This document shows positions 40,150 through 48,111 of a stretch of DNA of 64,000 nt, piece after piece; within the stretch, counting starts at the first letter, position 1; each line of letters opens with the position of its first letter. Origin of the DNA: a virus (taxonomy: Duplodnaviria > Caudoviricetes); IMG/VR virus record IMGVR_UViG_3300033146_000447, positions 1,450-65,449 of that record; one strand, given 5' to 3'. The notes beneath the pieces were generated by a model that saw only the letters and a program-made list of their open reading frames with translations, was not told where the DNA came from and did not search any database. The translations under genes were made by a program, and so were the position numbers.

Positions 40150-40467
40150 TTAATACTCTTCTATTGAATCAATACTACCTAATGTAGCCATATTACTATA
40201 TACATGCAGTGCAAAGTCATCACTTTCAAATGAATCCATATTCCTACATACATATGTTATCTTGTTATCGCTAATAAATTTAGACTTGAATACAGCTAAC
40301 TGTAAAGCCATAAACATATCTCTAGCAACTCTCACACCTGTAACCTTAGCTGTCTCATAAGGATAATAACCTATAGCTATTACCTTTAGTTCATCTATGT
40401 TTACAGGCGTATGGAACCGTTTAAACCCTTTAGTGGTCTTCTCTAGGTTATCTATAGTCTTAAGCAT
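40150..40467 (-). CDS. Hypothetical protein
   Basis: 105-aa ORF. Confidence 0.6.
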   Translation of the reverse strand: MLKTIDNLEKTTKGFKRFHTPVNIDELKVIAIGYYPYETAKVTGVRVARDMFMALQLAVFKSKFISDNKITYVCRNMDSFESDDFALHVYSNMATLGSIDSIEEY

Positions 40468-40471
40468 AGTT

Positions 40472-40840
40472 CTAACCTTTAAGACTCTTAGTTAAGTCCA
40501 TTAATACTTTAATACGATATCTATTGTTATAACATATCTTACTATCTTTAACCTTGTTATGCTTAAGATATGCTTGAGCTTTATCACTAGTTGATTCAAT
40601 AGCCATCCCATACCATCCTCCACATTTCTTATATATATCATTAGTGCTTTTAATATGTTCAATTATTGTATTATATAATTCAGGGAATACTACATGCATA
40701 CGAGGTGTGGCATATCCAAAGAATTGTTCATACATAGTACATATAAAATGTGTATGTTCTTTATCCCTAGCTAGCTTACGCATTACTACCAACATACTCA
40801 GCTTCTGAGTCTTAGTTAGTTCTCTGTTACTATCTTTCAT
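40472..40840 (-). CDS. Hypothetical protein (paralog of 38884-39267)
   Basis: Shares IC, FP.LY..I and YR.K.L motifs. Confidence 0.65.
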   Translation of the reverse strand: MKDSNRELTKTQKLSMLVVMRKLARDKEHTHFICTMYEQFFGYATPRMHVVFPELYNTIIEHIKSTNDIYKKCGGWYGMAIESTSDKAQAYLKHNKVKDSKICYNNRYRIKVLMDLTKSLKG

Positions 40841-42116
40841 AGTTCTATATCTTTAATGTTGTTAGTGATTAAATTATCTGTTGTTAAAATCGCTCAGGAA
40901 TCACATAGATTGGACTGAATGACTGATTATTAAAGCTTGATACTGTTAGATAGTATTAGATTAGAGTAGCTTAGATGTGATGTGGTAAGCTTAAATCTAA
41001 TGGTATTAAACTGATAGTAAATAGTGTGTTTTGGTATCAGATTGATAGTTACCTATGTTAAGTCTAATGTGCTGACTATTACTATTATGTAGTGTAATAA
41101 TAACTTAATATAGGCTAGTTGTATTGATGTGAGAAGTTTAAGTGATTAACTTATGATGATTAAGTAGTATATTATTGAAGGGAATTAGAAGGAAGAATGA
41201 AACTGGGACTGAGGATGGCATGCGTTGTAGGCGTTACCCTAGTCCCAGTCTTAATCATAATTCCTACCATTCACCTTAGATTTAACATTAACTGAGCAGT
41301 TATCTAAGCCACAGTTATCTAAAGCCTTTTACAGCATAATTACAATCAACACATTAACTAAGATACGTCTTACAACCTCATGTTTAACCATCCTAGTCCC
41401 AGTCTTAACCTTCACACCCTCATTTACCCTCATAATTCCTTAATATCCCTCTACTCGCAAGCCTCAGTTAAACATTACCTCTATTATAAGCTAGATTAAA
41501 CCATTCACCCTAAATTCCCATTAATACTACACTTTCCCTAAGCCACAGTTATCTAAAGCTATCTAAAACCATCAAATAACTTACCTATCAGTGACATAAT
41601 CAGTATTATTACTAACATCACAAATATAAATATACCTACTATATAATCTTCATACATTTCCATCACATTCCTCTTTTACTAAGTTTATACTCTATTCTTA
41701 TCTCTTTAATAATAAGTGTTGTTATCACTATCATAGCAATGAACATGCCTATTATTAATACTTTCTCATTAGTTGTGCATACTTGCCATATGTTTACCAT
41801 TATCTTCATAGTTTTCGCTTGTTTAGTTAAGACCGTTACCTAAGTCTTGGTTATTAATACTTATTATACTGTTGTTATTAGCTGTGTCTACTTGGCACAC
41901 ACTTTCACGAAGTTGCGAAGCATATACTATTTATTACATAAGCAAGTGATAGTTGCTAGTAGTAAGAGATAGTTGCTAGACGTATTCAACGAAGTTGCGA
42001 AGCTACACATTTGTTATAGTCATTAGTTATTGATAAATACATGTAATTATTAACAAAGTTAGAGCCTAACAAGAGTAATCGTCTTATCCGTTATTTCATT
42101 AGGCTCTAACATGTGT
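40841..42116. other. Long non-coding, repeat-rich region (candidate origin, terminus or early control region)
   Basis: No ORF of 60 aa or more; hairpin at 41181-41264; direct repeats of 15-22 bp; G/C skew flip. Confidence 0.55.
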
Positions 42117-42542
42117 TTATTCTATTGCTTGCTGAGGTGAATCATCAAACTCATCCTCTGATTCGAACTCATCCTCAACACTAGCACGAATGATAGCCTC
42201 TTTAGCTATATCCATCATAACCGCTTTAGACGATTTAGGTAACGTGATGTTCTCAATAGTAACTACGTTGTGGTCTTTAGTATATTTCAACTTCTTACCC
42301 TCAGCGTCAGTATACTCATCTCCTTTCTTACGAGACTCTACCTGAACATCAGCTCTAGCACCTTGAAGTAGTATCATTGAAGGAGCTAATGCCCCCTTAC
42401 TGATGCCTAAAGGTTCAACCATATTCGCGTATTGTTTCTTAGACATTACGATACGAACTGTGCCACCAACTTCTTCCTTGAATAATACTACAAACTTACC
42501 ATCTCTAGTTTTACTCACTTTACTAATTGCTATTACTTGCAT
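42117..42542 (-). CDS. Isolated first early gene, acidic C-terminus
   Basis: 141 aa; beta-strand-rich with EDEFESEDEFDD tail; followed by a 12-bp hairpin at 42058-42110. Confidence 0.75.
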   Translation of the reverse strand: MQVIAISKVSKTRDGKFVVLFKEEVGGTVRIVMSKKQYANMVEPLGISKGALAPSMILLQGARADVQVESRKKGDEYTDAEGKKLKYTKDHNVVTIENITLPKSSKAVMMDIAKEAIIRASVEDEFESEDEFDDSPQQAIE

Positions 42543-42739
42543 AATACATGTATTTACTGCTATCCAATACCTATTATTAGGACAGCGATTAGTTAAAATT
42601 AAGACTAGACTTGCATATAGGATACAAGTTTAGAATAGAAAAACAATTACACCCTATTGTCCTTTACGTATAAAGAGACAGGGGTATGTCAATCCAACTT
42701 TTAGTGCGGGGGGTTAGCGTTGGGTGCAGTACCAGTCCC

Positions 42740-42979
42740 CACATAATTATATTTTTTAAATTTATTAAATTTATTATATCCTAGTCCCAGTTAATTACTA
42801 AACTATTCCTCCTTACTACATAAACTATTCCCTCCTCATTACATATCTTAGCTACCGTAGCAGTTACATTTATATTTTTTAAATTTATTATATTTAATAT
42901 CAACCTTAGTTAAACTCTTACTTCTCTATACTATACTATCTTAACTACCCTCATACACATAATTATATTTTTTAAATTT
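42740..42979. repeat. Three AT-rich direct repeats
   Basis: TATATTTTTTAAATTT at 42748, 42871 and 42964; first and third extend to 24 bp. Confidence 0.8.
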
Positions 42980-43235
42980 TATTATTATTATTTCTAGCAC
43001 TAACCTTAGTCCAGTTAACCTTCTCCTCGCTATCTTAGCTATCTATTACAAGTATCCTATCTCCAACAAGTATTAATCTAATATAAGCTTTAGTGTTTAA
43101 ATATCATTAACTATTAGACGCAGCTAGAGTGGTTAAAGCTAGTATAGATGTTACGGTATAACAAGTATAACTTTAATATCTTTATTAGTATTACGGACTA
43201 TTAGTGTCTATTAGTCTATTTGAGTCTATGACCTT

Positions 43236-43253
43236 CTCTATACGGGGTAGCTA
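43236..43253 (-). repeat. Dispersed motif copy (divergent junction)
   Basis: CTCTATACGGGGTAGCTA on + strand. Confidence 0.85.
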
Positions 43254-43772
43254 GAATACACAAGTAACCTACAGCTATTATAAGTACCATTACAACCTAT
43301 AGTATAATAAGCTCACATACACTATAACTAGTATTAAAAACTTATTTCTACTAATACACAGGTTAGTACTAAGAATCATAGTTCTATTGATAGACAGGCA
43401 AGAAGTAGTATTAGTAATAGAGAGTAGTAAGTCTATATTTAAGTAGTATCTATATAGTACTGCAAGCAAGTGAATAGTCTAAGCAAAGTTGCTAGAGTTA
43501 ACTATAATTAGGAGATTGCTAGGTTTGTTAGACGTTTAGTAGTAGGCTATTCAGTTCCTTGCTAGGAGTGTCTCCGACACGTGAGTTTAGAAGGTGAAGT
43601 TACACGTTTTAAAGTTAGTATCCAATAGTAAATTATTATTAGCAGTAAATAGTTATTAACATTTGTTAGTAATAGGCTCTAAACTACTGATACTTAACTG
43701 ATAACAAATTATAATAAACTATGCTTAATTTATACCTATATATAAGGACTGATAACTAATTTTTCATAATTC

Positions 43773-43800
43773 TAGCTACCCCGTATATAGAGGATAGTCA
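43773..43800 (+). repeat. Dispersed motif copy (divergent junction)
   Basis: TAGCTACCCCGTATATAGAGGATAGTCA. Confidence 0.9.
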
Positions 43801-43946
43801 TCTCAAATGAGCTAATGCTTACTAATACTACTATGTAATTAATAATAAGTTTGATAATAGTCTTAGTATAAGTTGTTTTTAAGTTAAATTTTATATATAT
43901 TTACATCATTAAGTTAATCATAATACTAATACTAAAGTAAAGAGTA

Positions 43947-44465
43947 ATGAAGAAAGAAGAATTGATTGCTATCCGTAAAGAAGTCAGAACTAATATTAGA
44001 AAGACTCACGGTGGTACTACCAGTCTAAGTATGGCACCTGTTAATAACAATATCCTTATAGAAGTTAGAGGTAAGTTAAAAATCAGTGAGATTAAGCATG
44101 ATGATACTAATATGAATTTCATGGTAAATGGAACTATCATTGTTAGAGGTATGGGTCATATAGTTGAGGCTGTTGAGATAGGTGATGTTATTGAATTGAA
44201 TAACATTCAGAATATACAAGTTACTTATGATATAGATAGTCCTACTGAGTTAGGTGTTCTTAAGGCTAAGTATCTTAAAGAGGATAGTGCTTTAGCTAAG
44301 AGTATTAAACAGTCTAAGATTATTCAACCCAATAAGATTATCAGTGACGCTCAGGGTAATGATATTAAACCTAAGCATATTATAGCAGGTGAAGCTGAAC
44401 TAGTTGATGTTTCAGTATTTGCTTTCACAAGTATTTCAAATGTAGTCTCTACACACGTTATTTAA
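43947..44465 (+). CDS. Possible GroES-like co-chaperonin fold protein
   Basis: APVNNNILIEV...GTIIVRG.G...VEIGDVI resembles the GroES pattern. Confidence 0.45.
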   Translation: MKKEELIAIRKEVRTNIRKTHGGTTSLSMAPVNNNILIEVRGKLKISEIKHDDTNMNFMVNGTIIVRGMGHIVEAVEIGDVIELNNIQNIQVTYDIDSPTELGVLKAKYLKEDSALAKSIKQSKIIQPNKIISDAQGNDIKPKHIIAGEAELVDVSVFAFTSISNVVSTHVI

Positions 44466-44803
44466 TGCGTACACTTCCAGATAGAGAACTAGACCTAGCG
44501 AATGACATCATTAAAGATGTAAGTGAGCAGTTTGGACTTGATTTAAAAGTTAGCGATATACAAGCCGTATTAGGTGAGCAAGCTAAGTTTATAATGGGTT
44601 CAATGAGACTTCATCATGATATTCATTTGATAGGTTTAGGTAAGTTTGAGTTCAATGCTGTTAAACAAGAGCGTGTAATATTAAGAGCTAAGCTTATGAG
44701 AGATGGACTGAGTAAGGAAGATATAGAGAAACATATGGTTGAGCTAAGTAAGAGAGCTTATAAGCGTAAACAAGTAACATCTATGCAAATTGATATATTA
44801 TGA
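44465..44803 (+). CDS. HU/IHF-like DNA-binding protein
   Basis: Helical N-terminus followed by IHLIGLGKFEF. Confidence 0.65.
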   Translation: MRTLPDRELDLANDIIKDVSEQFGLDLKVSDIQAVLGEQAKFIMGSMRLHHDIHLIGLGKFEFNAVKQERVILRAKLMRDGLSKEDIEKHMVELSKRAYKRKQVTSMQIDIL

Positions 44804-45390
44804 GTTTTGAATTATTTAAAGTAACTAAGAAGGGATTAACTATTAATACACATGAAGTATTGATGCATCCTCCGTTCTTAACTATATATAAGCGTGATAC
44901 TAGTGCTACTAAAGGTATAGCATTAAAGGAGTTCTTCTATATATACATGACTATTAATATAAAGAGTTCATTAGTGAATAAAGGTTATAGTCCTAAAGTA
45001 TTATCAAAGAAGGCTATTAAACATATACATATGCCTGATGGTTGGCAACCTGATGATTCAATAGTTATAGCATCTAAGTTATATAGTTACTTAACTGAGG
45101 GTATGCAAGGGCGTAACTTTAAGTCTATATTAAGAACTTTTAATAACTCAGATGTTATTATAAATAAGATGAATGATACATTAGAAGAGTTCATACTTAA
45201 AGATGAGTTAACTAAGGTTGAAATAGCAGATGCTAGTCATACATTAAAAGACTTAATGACACTTGCCACAAGTATCCCTGCTACTATAGAGAAACTTAAT
45301 CAGTCTAAGAAGTTAGCATCAGATGAATCAGAAGATATAAGAACTGCTAGAGGTGGTGCAGATATCACAAGTAGTATGGAACCTAGATAA
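44800..45390 (+). CDS. Conserved crAss-like late protein (small terminase candidate)
   Basis: 196 aa, helical, ends ARGG; upstream of TerL; function is inference. Confidence 0.45.
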   Translation: MSFELFKVTKKGLTINTHEVLMHPPFLTIYKRDTSATKGIALKEFFYIYMTINIKSSLVNKGYSPKVLSKKAIKHIHMPDGWQPDDSIVIASKLYSYLTEGMQGRNFKSILRTFNNSDVIINKMNDTLEEFILKDELTKVEIADASHTLKDLMTLATSIPATIEKLNQSKKLASDESEDIRTARGGADITSSMEPR

Positions 45391-45396
45391 TAGATT

Positions 45397-46362
45397 ATGA
45401 CTCAGCCACAACTAAAGATATTCTTTAATGAAGAATTACATAAGTACACAGATGACTTAGGTAATACATACACGTCAGCTACTACAGTTATAGGTAAATA
45501 CGAAATACCTTTTGATACTGATGCTATGGCTAAGGCTTGTTCTAGAAAGTATTGGAATGTAACAGGACATAGGTATCATAGGATGACTGTTGCTCAAATC
45601 AAAGCCGATTGGGTTGATATAAACAAGACCGCTTGTGATAAAGGTAACATGAAGCATAACTATTTAGAAGATGCTATTAATGCGTCTAATGGTTATAAGA
45701 AGATTGCTAATAGTACATTCATTAACGATAGGATATATCTTATACCTGACATCATAGCTAATCATAACTACGGTCAAGTAGATGCTAGTAGTCCGTTAAT
45801 GTTAGCGTTACAAGAAAGGTATCCTATTATATTTAATACTATTGTTTATTATCTTAATAGAGGTTTCAAGTTCTATGCAGAGATAGGTGTATATGATATT
45901 CATAATAGACTTATATCAGGTTTAATTGACTTGTTACTTATTAATCATGACACTAAAGAGTTTAAAATAGTAGATTGGAAGACTAATAAGAATGAGTTAC
46001 ATTTCTCAGCAGGTTATTTCAAACGTGATAAGCAAGGTAATGATACTAGCGTTTGGGTAGCACAACCTCATAAGCGATTAAAGTATCCTCTACATGGTAT
46101 TCAGGATTGTCATGGTTCTATATACACATTACAGTTAAGTCTATACGCTCATCTTGTTGAACAGTTTGGTTATACCAATACAGGTATATATCTGTTTCAT
46201 ATACGTGAGCGTACTATAATAGGTATAGGTGGAGAAGAGGAAGTAGAAGAGTTTGTGAAACATCACGTAATAGACTTTTGGAAATATGATGTAGAACGTA
46301 TGATTCAACATCACTATGATAGTAATAAAGCAACTTTAAATACACAACGTAAATTATTCTAA
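45397..46362 (+). CDS. PD-(D/E)xK exonuclease
   Basis: FNEELHKY, GNMKH, GLIDLL...IVDWKT, QLSLYA. Confidence 0.8.
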   Translation: MTQPQLKIFFNEELHKYTDDLGNTYTSATTVIGKYEIPFDTDAMAKACSRKYWNVTGHRYHRMTVAQIKADWVDINKTACDKGNMKHNYLEDAINASNGYKKIANSTFINDRIYLIPDIIANHNYGQVDASSPLMLALQERYPIIFNTIVYYLNRGFKFYAEIGVYDIHNRLISGLIDLLLINHDTKEFKIVDWKTNKNELHFSAGYFKRDKQGNDTSVWVAQPHKRLKYPLHGIQDCHGSIYTLQLSLYAHLVEQFGYTNTGIYLFHIRERTIIGIGGEEEVEEFVKHHVIDFWKYDVERMIQHHYDSNKATLNTQRKLF

Positions 46363-47066
46363 TGGACTTAAAGAAGATTAAATTAACTTGTATAAAGCAA
46401 GTATTGGAGCGTAAAGGTTATAAGATATTCACAGGGAAGATGAATATGAATATAATCATGATTCGTAGTAATGATAGAAATGTAGATACCTTTAATGATG
46501 CAGTTGTATTGTTTTGGGAGAACAACAATGGTTTATGGGAGTACTTCATAACAGATGCTACTGTAGACCCATCGGGACACTATCTACTTAACTTCATGAA
46601 TAAGCAAGGTGCTGCTATAGTACTACCCGGTCAATATAAGGGTATTCTTAGACTTGGTTATCATAAAGGTTATAGAGCATTAGTGCAAGCTAAAGAGATT
46701 GAGGTACTAAGAGACTTTGACAAAGATGCTACTATTCATGAATTAGCTTATCTTACTAAAGAGCAAATAGAAACTTATTATAAGATATACATTGCTGGCA
46801 ATATTAGTTACATTCATAACAATGAGAATGATATAATAGCTAAGTTACATAAAGGTATGTTTGGTATAAACTTTCATAGAGCTAGTATGTATAGAGTTCT
46901 TAGACTAATAGGTTTATATGGGGCAGGTTGTACTGTTACTCCTGATATTAAGAAGTTCAGTAAGATGTTAAGTGTTATAGAGAGTTCAGCTCGCTTATAT
47001 GGTGATACTTTCACCGCTACTTATATTACAGAGAATGACATTGATAAAGTTTTAGATAATGAGTAA
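46362..47066 (+). CDS. Putative endolysin (His/Cys, L,D-transpeptidase-like motif)
   Basis: TVDP, PGQY, GYHKGY.AL.Q, GINFHRA...AGC; upstream of a TM-anchored spanin-like gene. Confidence 0.5.
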   Translation: MDLKKIKLTCIKQVLERKGYKIFTGKMNMNIIMIRSNDRNVDTFNDAVVLFWENNNGLWEYFITDATVDPSGHYLLNFMNKQGAAIVLPGQYKGILRLGYHKGYRALVQAKEIEVLRDFDKDATIHELAYLTKEQIETYYKIYIAGNISYIHNNENDIIAKLHKGMFGINFHRASMYRVLRLIGLYGAGCTVTPDIKKFSKMLSVIESSARLYGDTFTATYITENDIDKVLDNE

Positions 47067-47694
47067 GAGAATACAATTATTCGTAAAGTTCTTCATCCTA
47101 ATGGCTATTGTCATGGGTGGAGGATATGTGTATCATTCGTATCAATCAGATATAATACGTACACTTAGACATAACAATAAGATACTAGCCGATAGTGTTG
47201 ACATTGTTAAACTTAATAACGGTCAGTCTGTAACTACAGGGGGAACTGTTTATCTAACTAGAGATGATTTACGTAATAGTAATGATTCAGTTATACTTAA
47301 TATGTTAAATGAGTTTGACCTTAATGTTAATCGTGTTGAACATCTTATTAATGCTAAAGCTAGTATTAGGTATATATTTAAAACTATAGTTAAGTATGAT
47401 ACAGCTTTTGTATTTGGGACTGATACTGTATTAGTTGATAATTATGACACTTGGGATAATGGGTTTTTGGCATTAGAGCGTATAGTATATACGGATAGTC
47501 CTGATACTGCTCATTATAAATATAGTCATGACCTTGAAGTGGATGCAACTATTAGTACATACAAGGAGGGTAAATGGCGACTACGTAATATTATCTATTG
47601 GCGACCTAAGTTATATAAGACTAGTCTTACTGCTAATGATACTAATGTAGTGTTTACAGATATTAATTCTTTTTTCATAGGTAAAGTTAAATAG
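47059..47694 (+). CDS. Putative spanin-like membrane-anchored protein
   Basis: N-terminal TM helix followed by a short coiled coil; adjacent to the lysin candidate. Confidence 0.45.
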   Translation: MSKRIQLFVKFFILMAIVMGGGYVYHSYQSDIIRTLRHNNKILADSVDIVKLNNGQSVTTGGTVYLTRDDLRNSNDSVILNMLNEFDLNVNRVEHLINAKASIRYIFKTIVKYDTAFVFGTDTVLVDNYDTWDNGFLALERIVYTDSPDTAHYKYSHDLEVDATISTYKEGKWRLRNIIYWRPKLYKTSLTANDTNVVFTDINSFFIGKVK

Positions 47695-47696
47695 AT

Positions 47697-47918
47697 ATGA
47701 AGTGGATATGCAAGAATAAAGAGTGTTTATCATTCGATTTACCTATTAATGTACATCATGATAAGATTTCAATAGATGTTGAAGGTAATAAAAAACACAC
47801 TGCTAGTTACTGTAAGACATGCGGGAACGATAGTAGAGTTGAAATCAAAGATAAAGTTGATTACAGTAAGACTAATGGTGTTATATTAATATCAGATAAT
47901 ACTAGTAAAAATAAATAA
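47697..47918 (+). CDS. Small Zn-ribbon protein
   Basis: CKNKEC...CKTC. Confidence 0.6.
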   Translation: MKWICKNKECLSFDLPINVHHDKISIDVEGNKKHTASYCKTCGNDSRVEIKDKVDYSKTNGVILISDNTSKNK

Positions 47919-48059
47919 GTATCAGTTAAAGATTATGATAGAGTATCGTAGAGTTCTTGATTTAAAACTTGAAGGTAGTAATGAAGTATTATCTATGATG
48001 GATTACGAATAGTTAGAGCAGACTAATTTGCTCAGGATTCTTTGTGGGAATTGAGTCTT

Positions 48060-48085
48060 AACCCTATCAGTAATGGTAGGGTTTT
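48060..48085 (+). terminator. Intrinsic terminator-like hairpin upstream of terminase
   Basis: AACCCTATCA/TGGTAGGGTT followed by T residues. Confidence 0.55.
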
Positions 48086-48111
48086 ATTGGTGAATAGAAA
48101 TAAGTTATAAT

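Noticed and set aside
41238-42979. CRISPR-like array in the non-coding repeats
   Set aside because: Only 2-3 copies per repeat, irregular spacing, no uniform spacers, no cas genes
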